A DNA stretch of 64,000 nucleotides from Phaeosaccion multiseriatum (lineage: Eukaryota > Protista > Ochrophyta, other classes). The notes under the pieces were generated by a model, which saw only the letters and a program-made list of their open reading frames with translations, searched no databases and was not told the DNA's origin. The stretch covers positions 3,596,001 to 3,660,000 of the forward strand of contig OZ218951.1 of NCBI GenBank assembly GCA_965112735.1, given 5' to 3'. Shown piece after piece: positions 23,240 through 36,134 of this stretch (positions within the stretch are counted from its first letter, which is position 1; each line of letters opens with the position of its first letter). Made by a program: the position numbers and the translations under genes.

Positions 23240-26200
23240 ATGAAGGGAAGGACAAAGGGTCGAAGCGGGCAAGGCCAAGGGGCTACACAGGTGATGCTTG
23301 TTGAAGGATCGATGCCGCATGAGGTGAAGAAAGTAATAATGTTTCCGCCCACCCCGATGTTTCATCTTTCGCAGAGGAGGACTTGCAAGTCCCGGATTTG
23401 CGGACGGATCACATCGGGTACATCAACCTCACCACGCATGCGAACTTCTTCGCGGACCCAATACCTCTGGACGTGAGTGCCCACCGCAAACGAAACAAAA
23501 CTAGGACGCTTTCTGTCCGTCATCTTCGTTTTCTCCCTCCCTCTCTCTGCTCTTTTGATGCATTCACCGAACCCGGGTACAGCTTGCACTCTCTCATCTG
23601 GGGTGGGTGCGACCTGGGCTTTGTAGCATTGATGTCTAGTTTGTTGGCGGCTGCTGTGGGAATCCGCTGCTTATCCGCTCTTTACTACTGTTCTCTCCGG
23701 CCACTGCAGTGGGGAAACGCCAGAGCGCTCGAGCGAGGCCCAGTGGTAGCCACAACACGGCACCCGATGCAAAGAAACGCGATAGGCGCACACAGCGGCA
23801 GCTATTGCGTGTACAAGGCCCTGGCCGTGGCGAGCGGTGCGTTGGACCCCAATTACCTGCCCAAGATGGCCCTCACGGTGCCAGTGGTCGACATCGGCCC
23901 CTTCCCCAAGCAGTAAGTCCACAGTGTCGAGTAAGGAAGCCTGCTCCTTTTGCAAGGGGAAGCGTCGCTAACGACTATCTCCTCCCTCGGTGGTCGGCGG
24001 CCCGGCGGCCTCTTCTGCTCTGCTCCCGCCCAGGTGGAGCGACGTGTCAAAGATCGCCACCATCGACCCTTTCGGTCACTTGACGGTGGAGAAGTACGGG
24101 GCCTACCTGCGCAAGGGCTACGACATTAGACCCACAATTGCTGTCACAGAGGTGCGGCCGGCTGTGCCTTGATCAAAGCCCCGAACCGAATCGAATGGCA
24201 TCGGACTGACCGCCAACCCTCCGTTCGCTCTCCCTTTCAGGCACACATCGATCTGCCCGAGGTCAAGGAGGCCGTGCGTCTCGGGAGGCTCAAGCCCGAC
24301 GGAAAGGTGCTACTCGACGGCGGACAGGTGAGTGAGTCAGCTTCAACAATAGTCCCTCGTCGGTCTCTGCGTGTCTCTGCGTATGCTCGGGGGGGGAGAG
24401 GGGTGGCTTGGTCAGACGCCCTCCTGATTCTCCTGCTGGACTCCTGTTTGTACTTGTCAGGCCAAAATCACCAAGTGCGCAGTCGAGCCGGTTTGGTATC
24501 TGCCTGAGATAGCTCGGCGCTTCGGCTGCTCCGAAATGGCACTGCGAGAGAGCCTCTTTCTGGAAACAAACATGATGTTTCCCGAGCTCGTCACGCGGCC
24601 AGATATGAAGGTACGGTACTGACTAGTGGCGGGGGTTGCCTGCGTATAGTCTTGCCTGATACTGCGAGGTTCCATTGGCGAATAGCCCGGTGTGGTCGTC
24701 ACCAAGCTACTGAATGACACCAGTGTGTTCGTGTCCCCTGCCCACTCCCCAGGTGTTCCTGCCGCCCATCGGAGGCCTGACCATCTACATCTTTGGCTGC
24801 GTGGAATCCATCCCCGACGAGAGCATCCCCCTCACCGTAAGAGTGCACGACGAGTGTAACGGCAGCGACGTGTTCGGTAGCGACATCTGCACCTGCCGGC
24901 CATACCTCACGCACGCCATCGAAGAGTGCATCAAGACGGCGCAGCAGGGGGGCACGGGAGTGGTGATTTACTTCAGGAAGGAGGGAAGGTCTCTCGGTAA
25001 GGGTGGTGGGGATGGGGTTGGTAGGGTTGGTAGGGCTTGTTTGTGCTTGCTTGTCCGCCGGTCTTTTCTTCCTCCCCCCAACACAACAATGTAACGCCCC
25101 AATGCCCTGTGATCTTCTTCTCTCTATCCACCCCGCTGAAGGACGCCTCACCCCTCCACTCGACCTCCCCACCCCTCTGCTTTCGACGCCTCATGTGATG
25201 CCTCATGCCATGCGTGGTGCAGGGGAGGTGACAAAGTACCTGGTGTACAACATGAGGAAGCGTCAGGAGGGAGGTGATACGGCCGAAAAGTATTTTGACT
25301 GCACGGAGCAGGTGGCTGGAGTGCAGGACACACGTTTCCAAGCCCTCATGCCCGACCCCCTGCACTGGCTCGGAGTCACCAAGTGAGTCACTGACTTCGT
25401 TTGTGGACTTCGGTGTTCTCTCTCGTAAGGCCGACGATGTTACGTATTGTATCGTGCTTGCTTCACTCCCATGCGTGGAGAGGGAGGGGTCTGGTACCGT
25501 GTGTGCCACGTGTGAGGGAGACTGTGGAGAATACTGCTCCTGCTACTGCTGCTGGTGGCGATGGTGGTGGTGGTGGTGGTGCTGCTGCTGCTCATTCCTT
25601 GTTGCCATGTTGTATGAGCCTTTCGGAGAGGACTTCTCTCGGATCCCTCCCCCCCCTCTCACTGCTGTGGTAGGTGGCTGCTGTCGCTCATCTCACCCAA
25701 TCGCGTCCCGTCCCATCCCGCTCCATGTATATGCTCCACCTCCTGTCATCCCCCTCCAACAGGATCGACCGCTTCGTGTCCATGAGTGACATGAAGTACA
25801 ACGCCATCATCAACTCGGGCATCAAGATTGTGGAGCGCATTGAGATCCCTCCCGAGCTGGTGCCCAGGGATGCACAGGTACTGCACATGCCATCCCTCCG
25901 GAGAGAGAGTGTCCAAAGGCAACTTTCTCACCCACTCCTCCCTCCCTCTCTCCCTCCCTTTCCCTCCCTCCCTCCTTCCTTGTCCGGCCGATGCAGGTGG
26001 AGATCACCGCCAAGGTGTTTGAGGGGTACCACGGCGGAGACGCGTACACGCCACTAGACGCGGAGGTAAGGAGGAAGGTCCAAGTAAGACCCGAGTAAGA
26101 CCCGTGTAGGGCCCGAGTAAACCCACCTTAACCTCGAAGGCTAGGGAGCGAGCGAGTGGGCGTAGACAACTGACCGGACTGCCCTCTCTCTCCCTTCCTC

Positions 26201-26365
26201 CCTTGGCGTGTCTTGGCGCTTTTGGCTTTGCTCCTGCTCCCTGTGGTTGGGCAGGCTCTGAAATTGGTCAAGGGTGCGAAGTACACCTACTCCAAGAACG
26301 GCCGCACCGAGGAGGACGGGCTGACGGGAGGGGAGGGGGGAGCGAAGGGGGGGGCAGACGCCTAG
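23240..26365 (+). CDS. GTP cyclohydrolase II with GTP_CH_N domain (Urg1-like), multi-exon; start uncertain
   Basis: RGPVVAT..RNAIGAHSGSYCVYKALAVASG; YDIRPTIAVT; VFLPPIGG; VRVHDECNGSDVFGSDICTCR (Zn-binding); RKEGRSLG; in-frame TAG at 26363-26365. Confidence 0.9.
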
Positions 26366-26638
26366 CCACCTAGCTGGGCTGTCGGGCAAGCGGAGCGAAG
26401 CCTACCGATGAAGGGAGTTGCTCCTCATTCAGAGAGAGAGAGAGAGCAAATAAGAGCAACATGCGGGGGCAGACGTCCCCCGTGCGAAGTGTCACAAAGC
26501 CTATACATACTATACTATACGTACACACATAGAAATGCACATATCATTAATGAAGTCTTTCCTCCTGTGAATTTTGTTTTGTTTCTGGTGGAAAGTCGCC
26601 ACCCTCCTCTTGTGGGTGTGCTAAGCTCAAGCTCAAGC

Positions 26639-29600
26639 TTAAGCTGCTTCCTGCGCCTGTTGGCTCTTGTTCTTCTTCCGCTCCTCCATGCGCTTCTTGC
26701 CCACGAGCAGCGAGGTGCTGGCCTTAATGTCCGACCGCGCTCGCACCACAGAGGAGAGGTTCGCCTTGTTCAGCACGGCCTGAATGATTCGAATCGAATA
26801 GCGTATCAAGAGAGTCAGTTGAGAGGGAGGTCGAGAGGGGGGGGGGGAGGTCGAGAGGGGGGGTCTATTGTTTGCAAAAGAGCGAAGAGAGGCGAGCAGT
26901 TCATAAAAGGGACACACAGCGCTTCGCTCCGCCCCTCACCTTGGCTTTGGTGACCCGCTTGGAGGCCCTCGCCTCGTCCAGACGCCTCTGCTGAATGTTG
27001 ATGTCCGCCCCACTCAGCACCTTGTCCATCACCAGACCGAAGCCCGCGCGCTTGCCCTGCTTGCCCATGACCAGCATGTTGGCTCTCCGGAGGTGCTGCC
27101 TGCTCTCCTTCGTGTAGAGCGCGTCTTCGAGGAAGCGAGCCACGCCTGCCTCCATGGCTGCCTTGTCGAAGTTGTTGGCCTCCGCCTCCAGCATGGCCAG
27201 CTGTTGGTCCTCCTGCCGTTGCACCTGTGAGTGAGGGGAGAGTGAATGGAGGAGTGGACATGGACAAGGTGGAAGGTCGGACGAAAGGGAGGGGGGGTGC
27301 GGGATTGGGGATTGCGGGACACGGCAAAGGGAATGAACCGTAGCCAGAGGGCGCGGACGGCGATGGTGATGATGCAGCATACCTACTACACAGAGGCCCA
27401 TACATACATACATGCACGCACACACATGCCACGCACGCTATGTATCACTTCCTACTGACCTCGCCCATGGCAAAGTCGAACACGGCATCTAGCTTCTTGG
27501 ACGTGCTGACGTGAATGTCCATGTGGTCTCCATCGCCCTCCAGCACGGTGTGGCCCCCGGCCTTGCCTCTCCTCCGCTCCAAGTAGCTCGGATTCGCAAA
27601 ACCTTCCACTCTGTGGTGTGGGGGGAGGGTGGGGGGGGGTAGAGGTCATTCAGCCCGTATGTCAGGGAGGGTTGGTTCGAAAGTCGAGAGTCGAGTAGAG
27701 TGTTTCGCTCTAGCATACTTACCCATCCAGCACGCTCTTCCGGGGTAGCTTCCTGCGAGGCCGAATGCCGCTCTGCCAGAAGCTGGCTGTGGTACTGTCT
27801 TCCAACCCATCGCCCCCCTCACTTTCTTCGTACGACTCATCGTCCTCGTCCGACTTCTCCGTCACATCCGTTCCGTCTCTCGCCATCTTGGCTCCCTCCC
27901 AGCCGGCGCTACTGACGAGCACTCCTTCTTGCAGCTCTTGGATGGCCGTGTCGCACGCTCCAAGCAGCGCCGCCAGGTCCACAGGCACGTTGTCCGCCAG
28001 CCTGCTCTCCGTGTGGATCACCAACTCGCCCAAGAGGCGCAGCGGCTCTGACGACAGCGGCGCGTTGGACACGAGGTTGGCGAGGTGTAGCACCCCTGTC
28101 TGCAGCTCTGTGAGAAGAGACGCAGCCTTTTGGGCCCTCTTCGACGTCTTGGACAGGCGAATCTCGGCCGCAATAATCTCGTCTTCGATCTCGTGCCGCT
28201 CCTTCATCTTGACTGTCGTGGTCACCTTCTCCCGGTCTCCTCCTGCAGCCTCTTCCTTCTCTGCCCCCCCAACTAAAACAGGGCTTGCCCCTCCCCTGTC
28301 GCTGCTGTCCATAAGTCGAGCCGTGGTCAGGACGTTGGTCTCGGCCTTGAGCTCCGCCTGTATAGAAAAGCAAATTTGGAGGGGGGCCGCATGCAATCAT
28401 ACAACACTTGAGAAAAGCCGCCCGCTACTCGTTCCACCCCAGCCTCGCCTTTCGCCAACGCCCCCATGTACCTGCAGCTTCTCCTTCCGGGCCTCCCCGC
28501 TCGATTGTTGCTTCAGGAGCTCCTTCTCCTTCTCACGGAGCTCTCGCCACTTGACCAGCAGTCTGCGTGACGCGGTGAGCGAGGCGAGAGGGAAGAGGGA
28601 GGGGAGGGGAGGGGCCCAGTTGCCAGGGTCAAGGGAACCTCGACGGGTCAGCAAGGAGGGTGAAGGGGGGGGGGGCTGGGCTCGTGTGAACTTACCGCTC
28701 AGTGGCGTCATCTTCCTCCCCCTGGGGCTGCTGGCTACCCCGCCCCCCCACGGCGATCATCTCCATGAGCTTCATCAGCACCAGCCTCTGCTCCTCGTGC
28801 CATTCGCTGCTGTCTTGCCCCCCCGCTGCCTCTTCTCTGCTCTTTTCCGGTCCTCCTCCTTCTCTTGCCCCTATCGCTACTATCGCTTGCTTTCCACCTC
28901 CTGTATGCTTCCTTGCTCCTCCTCGTCCTTCTCCTCCTCCTCCTCCCCTGGTTACCATCTTTCCATCTCCTACATGCTTCTTTGCTTCTCCTTCTCCCTC
29001 TTCTTCCTGTTCTCCTCCTCCTCTTCCTCCTCCGTCTTCTCCTTCCCCTTCTCCTCCTCCTTTTTCTTCTCTTGCTTCTTTTCCTTCTCCTCCTCCTCCT
29101 CCTCCTCCTCCTCCTCCTCCTCCTCCTCCTCCTCCTCCCCCACCTCCTTCCTCTTTGCCTATCTCCGCAACTGTGGACGTTTCCTCCTCAGGTCCCTTCC
29201 TGATTTCACCTAAACCTGCTGCTTCAACTATGTGCTCATCCGCTTGGTTACTGCCTTGTCTCTCCTCCTCTATCTGTCGTCCGTCCGACCCTTCTCCCGT
29301 GATCCCTGCCTCTTCTCGGATAGCTTCGCCTCCGTTCACCCTTTCCGTTGGACAGTTGCCTCCGTCGCCTACTGTCCCCCCCTCCTCTACTTCGTCCTGC
29401 CCTCCAGCAGCTATGATTTCCGCTCCCCCATGACTGGGCTCCACCACGGCCCCGCCCTCAGTCCCCTGCCCTCCCGCCTCCTCCTCCACAGAGCCCAAGT
29501 CGAAGTCTATCTCCGGATTGGTATTGCCCATTCCCATGGACAGGGCGAAGGACGATTGGTTGTTGCTCATCCGCCGGGCATTCATGGCAGCGGCGCCTCT

Positions 29601-32600
29601 AGAGAGAACCTGCCTGTTCCCAACGCCGCTCCCCTGATGCAGCAGCTGATGCCTGCCTCCACCTCCCTGCCCACCATAGTCCCCCGCCCCTCCTCCTCCT
29701 CCTCCTGTCGCGTTGTTGTTACTGTTGTTGGTGTCGCCCTCCCTCTGCTGCCCCCCCATGGTGGCCAGCCTCACCTCGTCCCTCATGCCTTGCTTCACCA
29801 ACACCATGGCCTCCTGCATCTTGTGCCGCGCCGTCTTGGTCTTGGTGAGGTGTGTCCTCAGCTGCCGAATGCCGTGCTTCTCCAGCTCGTCCTTGGACAA
29901 GAGCAGCGCCTGCACCCTCTCTACAAGGTCGTGCGCCTGCTGAGACGCGAGCGCCACCTGCTCCTCAAGCGCCCCTAAGTGGCGAGCATCTTGCGGTGGC
30001 GACCCTCGGCATAGATCCAAAATGCGCTCATAGAACTTGCCCAGTACAGCCAGCTCGTCTTGCGCCTGGGGTAGTAGAGGGGGGGGGGAGGGAGTGTTGT
30101 GAAGTGAGCAACTCTACACCAATGCCAATACACGCGACGACTCGACGTTGGGGTTGATGAACCTGATATGCCGCTGCCTGACCAACACTGCCGGACCAAT
30201 TGCTTGACTACTTGTTGACCAGTGCTCGACAAGTGCTTGACAACTGTGTACCCTACCCCCTGTCCAGTCAGTCTCACTCGCCACCACCCATCCCTTGCCC
30301 TCCCCCTGCACGTACCGCAGTGACCCTCGTGAGTCTCTCCTCCAGCTGCACGATCATGTGTTCCCCCGCGAGGGTGGACTGCATCGTGTACACATCTTGT
30401 GCATCGCGCTCCACCACGCGGTGCCGGAGGGCGGCCAGGGCAGCCTTCTTCATCTTGCTCTCCGCCAGCAAAGCGTTGATGATCTCCCTCATCTTGACGA
30501 TAAGGTTCTTGGCCTCCGCCACCCCGAGCTCACTGCTGGACAGGGGAAACACGCTGGTGCTGGAGGCGAGGAAACTCTGCGTCCCGGCAAGGACGGAGCC
30601 CGATAGAGGAGAGAGTGGGTTGGTGCCGGCCAGCATGCTCTGCAGCTGCGACGAGTCTCCCCAGGTCCTCTTGCGCGACTCCTGCACTTGCACAAGCTTG
30701 CTCCGCGGCTTGCCCCCCCCCGCCGAAAGCCCGGCGCCGCCTCCTTCTCCCCAAAGGTCCGCCCCGTCGAGCAGCACGGAGGGGAGGCGCGGCATGCCCT
30801 CGAGCTCGAGGTCCAGGAGGGGGCCGTACTTGCCCCCCGGGGTGAGGGACGACCCGTCCCCGAGGAGCGAGCGGTTAGGAGCCCCCGCCGCTTCCCCTTC
30901 TCTAGAGCCAGAGCCAGAGCCAGAGGATCCGTCCGTCAAGAGGATCTTGTTGTTGCCCGCAGTCCCGTTCCCAGGGGGGGGGGAGGAGGACGAGTCCATT
31001 TGCACATTTCCGTCCATGCCCCTGCACAGGCCGGCTTCGGAGAGGGTGGAGGCGTAGATTCTGCGGTTGGCAGAGGGAGAGGCCATTCCGTCGTCGATGC
31101 TGTCTCGAAGGTTGCTGAAGCTCAGGCTCTTGAGGAACCCTTTCCTGCTGCGGAAGCCGTGGGCGTGTGTGGAGGACTTGATGCGAGCCTCCATGCGGTC
31201 GTCGCTCACCGTGTGGACCCCGCTCATCATGGGGTTCACCATCTTCACTTTCAGGAACCTGAGGGAGGGAGGGAGGGAGGGAGGAAGGGAGGAAGGGAGG
31301 AAGGGAGACACACACGAGAGATTTGAGAAGGAGTAGGCGAGTCAAGTCGAGTTGAGATGAGTCGAGTCGAGCCTCGAGGTAGATGTGTGTATGCGTCGTC
31401 GCTCAGAGACTCTGACACTGACCTGCGCTCCTTGGCGAGAGGATTCTTGGTGGCCAGCCTGCCCAACACTTGAAACGTCTCTGCAGCGAACCCGCTCCCC
31501 ATCCCCAGTCCGGCGGTACCGTCCACGCCGACGACCCGGCCAATCCCCTCTGCCTCTGTCGTTCCGGAGTGCTCCTCCCCGGCAGGGGCTTGGTTGCGTG
31601 GAGAAGAGAAGCTCTCGTAGGGCGGCATGAGTAAAGCCGCGGCTCCTGCCCCCCCCCCACCCCCCCCCCCTTCCAGCCCTTCGCCGGCCGCTCTTTCTTC
31701 CCCGCCCTCCGCTGTTCCTCCACCTCCTCCGCCTCCTCCGCCATCTGCTCCTCCGCTCTCTCCCCCACTGCCTTCTCGCGCTCGCCCTCCTGCCCCTCCC
31801 GCCGCTGCGGGGGCTCCCCCCCCCACCCCCCCGGGACAGACTCCACTCTCCCCTCCAGGGCCTCCACTCCCCGCCTCTCTACCACCGAGCCCCGCTCCAA
31901 TGCCACGCACTTTAGTGAAGCCGTTGGCCAGGGCCATCCATGGGAATTGCACCCACAACCACCGCTGGTAGTAGTAGTAGGGAACCATGCGGTAGGCGAC
32001 GAGAGAGGCCGCTTCGGCACTGCCGCTGTTGCTGCTTAGGCTGCTGCCGCTACTTAGGCTATTTCGCGTATGCTCGTACGGCGTCTCCGGCCCCTCCGCC
32101 TCCTCGTCCTCATGGCACCGCGTCATGTCGATGACCTCTTGAGACACCCCGAGCTCGGCCAAGCGGCTGAATTGAAGCGGCATGTGCAGGAAGGGAGGCA
32201 GAGGCCGGCGCTTCTGCAGCAGCACGCTCATGCCCATCATGAGCTGCCCCACCGTCTCGATCATCTCTCCGAGGCGGACGATGGTTGGCCTGCTCTCCGC
32301 CTGCCAGCACTCTACACTATGGTTGTACTCAAACACGAGGTCGAAGGGGGGCACTTTGCCTGAGTTGGCCATCTTGCGGCCCATGGCGATAATGTCCGCT
32401 GCACTGACCATGGAGGCGCCGCCTCCGGAGGGAGAGGCCGAGCCTGACTCCTGGATCATAAGGCTCAGCAGGCGCGCGTTGCTGTTGGTCTCCGCGTCGA
32501 GGTGCGCGGCCTCTTTGCTGACGTACAGCGGCCCCTCGGAAAGCAGCAGCCAGTAGTCGCACAGCTCCCTGCGCAGCTGGGGTGTGTGCCACATGGATTT

Positions 32601-35347
32601 GAAGGTGCGCAGATCCACAAGCGTTTGCTTCAAGGCGTGCCACTAGAGTTGTAGGGTGGGCGAGGGGGGGAGGGCAGGGCAGGGCAGGGCAGGGCAGGGC
32701 AGGGCAGGGCAGGGCAGGGGGAGAGGCCAGTAAGGCAGGTGTGTCTTCTTCTCCGTAGTGAAGAAGAGGACAGAGAGCGCCGGCAAGCTTACCTTGTGAC
32801 ACATTTTAAGGTGCCATGGCAGCTCCTCGCAGCGCCGCAGAGAAGACGGCTGCGCCCGAAAGTACTTGACGAGGCGGTAGTGCCACAACTGCGAGTTGCC
32901 TACGTATCTGTTGAACACAACATTCCTCAGCCAATCGCTCTCAATGGCCATGATGAGCAGGTTAGCGTCGCGGTAGTGCAGCACTCCAAGGGCGCGGAGA
33001 GAGGCCGTCAAGCTCTTCTTCTTGGCGCTCGCTATGGAGAACTTTGACGAGCCCTGCCCCCCCGCCCCCCCATCGTCGCTGCCGTCCTCGCTTCCGCCGG
33101 CGATCTCCGCCCCCCCGGCCGCAGCAGTCCCCCCGCCTGCCCCCCCTGTGCCTTTGGCCCCTCTGGCTTGCAACTTCTTGCGCTTCATAACCCTGGCCGC
33201 GCTGTCGAACCTGTCGAGCATTTCGTCGTAGTCCAGCTCCCCGTCCCCGTCCCGATCAATGCTCTTGACGAGCATGTCCGTCTGTGCGTCCGTGAGGCCC
33301 AGGCCGAGCTCCTTGAGTGCGCAACGAAACTCATCCATGTCCACCACCCCGTTCTTGTCCTTGTCCATGGCTCGGATACTGTCCATTAGCCGGCCTTGAT
33401 TACGCAGCAGTTTCTTGAGGAGACGCTCCTCTGCATGCTTCTCTGTACCCACGTGCGACGCTTGGTTAGCGTCAGAGGCGTTGAGTGCTGCGAGCAAAGA
33501 CCACATCTCGGCCTCCTTTAGGCCGTGGCGAGTGGTGGACAGGAGGGCCAGAGCCTTGCCCAGGGTGTTGTCGAACCCCTCCACCTTGACGCCCCCCAGC
33601 AGACTCTTGGGTAGATCAATCTCTTCGACCCAGCTACTACTACAGCTGCTGCTACTGCTGCTGCTGTTGCTCCTGGACAAGGTCCCAGATGTATCACTTT
33701 CCGTCGGATCATCGAAGAGCAGAATCCCCTTCCACCCCCCCTCCGCCGCGCTCACTGTCTTCGCCGCTTGGATGGAATCCTCTGTTGGGCTGTTGCCCGC
33801 CTCCAGCGTGTCCAGAAAGGCGTGCAGTAGCTGGATAGTGTTCTCAGCGCCCAGCCACCGCTCCAAACAGAGGCGAATGTCGAAGCTTGCCCCCGCCGCG
33901 TACTCCAAGGCGCGCATGAGCAGGCGTAAGTAGACGGCGCACGAGGTCGGAGGGTGCTGAACAATGGTCTCCGCCAGTGCTTTGGGCAGCAGGAGCGTGG
34001 CCTCACCCTCTTTGTGGTGCCCCACTCCTTCTCCTCTGTCTTCTTCGTCTTCTTCTTCTTCGGCGAGAGTAGTCAAAAAGGTGGCGCTCTCTTTTCCCTG
34101 CTCCCGCTTCTTCATCTGCTGCGAGTGCCTCAAGAAGGCGTGTATTATGTTTCGCCGCCTCCACTCCGGCAAGGCTTCAATCTGAAGGAGCGGCCACCCT
34201 CTCCTCAGGACCTCCTGCAGACACTTGGCCTGTCTGTGCGTGGCAGCGAGGATTGACGGGTCCACCTTATCCGAGTCTGGCGTCTTCATCGTATTCGAGG
34301 AAGCGAGGCTCGGTTTCAGCATGTCCTCCAGCCCGCTCTGCTTCTTCAGGGAGAGCATGCCCTCAGTCCCGCCGCTTGGAGTAGTAGCGCTTAGAATTAT
34401 GCGCACATTTGGTGGGGTCCGAAGGGGCAACCACTGCAATCCCCCGTCCCCGTTCTTGTTCTCAAAACGATGCAATCCGTCAATCACTATGACCACAGGC
34501 CCCTTTCTGCCAGCCATGTCGAGAAATCGAGGAAGCTCCCAGGGGAGCTTCTCGGCCTCGAGAGGCACCTTCCGAACCAAATCAAACTTATCTCTGAGAC
34601 CTTCCAAGAGCCGCCACAAGAACTGCTCCACTTCAATTCCCTGCAGGAATTATTTGTAGGGGGAAGGGTTAGGATTAGGTTTGGAATGTGGGTGGTTGCT
34701 TCAACTCCCGCCCCCCCCCCCCCCCCGAGATTGGGAAGGACTACTTACCAGCCGAGTACTCCCCACTGCGTGATAGAAAACGTAAGTGTCACGAACTGTG
34801 GCCTTCATCTTGCTGAGCCGCGTCTTGTAGTGCACGAGCCAATTGGCGATGAGAGCGCTCTTGCCGCTACCACTCGGCCCTGCCACGACAAGCGGGAGCA
34901 CCTCCTCCAGCATATTCTGCCAGTCGCAGTACTCGTCCAGGCGGGAGAACAAGTCCATGTCCTTTTCGTAGACAAAGTCGTCGGCGTGCTTCTTGTCGAG
35001 TACGCCGTCCGAGGAGCTGGCGCGAGTCGCTGCAAAGGCCAAGTGGAGTTCCTCCTCTTGCTCGCCCACGCACTTGTGGCGCGCTCTGAGCCCCGAGACA
35101 CCATCCGCTCCCTCTGGGGGGAGGGGAGCACTTGCCATGGTGCTCGTTGTGTGGCTTTTCTCCACTTTTTCCTGGCTATAGGCAGAGCTGAAATTTCTGT
35201 AACGGGTGCCCCATACTCCTCCATCCAGTGTCTGTGGGTGGGTGGCCGCTCGTCATCCTCCTCCTCCTCCTCCTCCTCCTCCTCCTCCTCCTCCTTTCTC
35301 TGGAGGAGTAGGTATCGCCGGAGGCGGGATCGGGATGGGCTTGACAT
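26639..35347 (-). CDS. Very large NACHT-type NTPase (NPHP3/TEP1/NWD-like) with an EF-hand pair and C-terminal coiled coils; about 10 exons; 5' end uncertain
   Basis: Walker A VVAGPSGSGKSALIANW; VFYHAVG; Walker B VVIVIDGL; WLPLRTPPNVRIILS; EF loops DKDKNGVVDMDEF and DRDGDGELDYDEM; EELPWHL. Successive ORFs are joined by plausible GT-AG introns (phase checked at 31258-31423). Confidence 0.75.
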
Positions 35348-35563
35348 CGATGAGAATGTGACCTCGTCGTCCGTGGGCTGCTTGCTGAAGCAGTCCCGAA
35401 TCGTACAGGGGAAAAGAGAAAAAGAGATGAGGAGAGAAAAAGGGGATGAAGAGGAGACAAGCCACATAGGGCGTAGCTGCTCCAGCTGCAAGTAGTCCCC
35501 GTCGACCCATGGTAAGCGTATGGCGCCCCGCCCCAACCAATCCCCCTTCCGCTCTTCACCGAA

Positions 35564-35657
35564 GTGATGAGAATATCTTCTTTCCCCATAGGATCGACCT
35601 TGTCTCCAACCGAAAGAGCCAGCCCCGCTCAAGCCAAGGGTGTCTGGTTGATTCTGA
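35564..35657 (+). ncRNA. Box C/D snoRNA, SNORD12/snR190-like, copy 1
   Basis: Box C GTGATGA, box D CTGA and a short terminal stem CGA/TCG. The guide TCTTCTTTCCCC (35576-35587) is antisense to conserved LSU rRNA GGGGAAAGAAGA. Confidence 0.85.
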
Positions 35658-36040
35658 TCGATGAAGTGTGGCCGCTGGCAGCAGTGTACTACCATTTTTT
35701 ATCACAGGCTCTCGTGATTGTGTTTGCGAGCGCCGATGTGACGCTCCCTTCTGTCGTCCCTACTTGCACCGCCCGTCCCGTCTTGTCTGCAGATTGCACT
35801 ACGACTGGGTGACATCGCTGATGGAGGCGTCTACTATACAGACAGACAGAAGGGCAACGCAGCGTACACGTGAAACGCCACCGTTACGCACCCCGAGGGC
35901 TGCACCTTCCTCTCGGCACTTCCACGGGGAGGGCCGACTCACTGTCAACCCCAAGGAAATGCCCCCGTGCAAAGCATAGACAGGCAAGTAGGGAGTTGGC
36001 CTGTTTAGAATGGACAACCTTTATTATCCCTCTTCCCGAA

Positions 36041-36134
36041 GTGATGAGAATATCTTCTTTCCCCATAGGATCGACCTTGTCTCCAACCGAAAGAGCCAGC
36101 CCCGCTCAAGCCAAGGGTGTCTGGTTGATTCTGA
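36041..36134 (+). ncRNA. Box C/D snoRNA, SNORD12/snR190-like, copy 2
   Basis: Identical to copy 1. Confidence 0.85.

Noticed and set aside
27765-29433. Long plus-strand Ser/Pro-rich ORFs (extensin-like)
   Set aside because: Antisense shadows of GGA-rich exons of the minus-strand NACHT gene.
35641-35657. TCTGGTTGATTCTG resembling sense 18S rRNA
   Set aside because: The match is only about 14 nt and the flanks are not rRNA-like; no rRNA gene is present.
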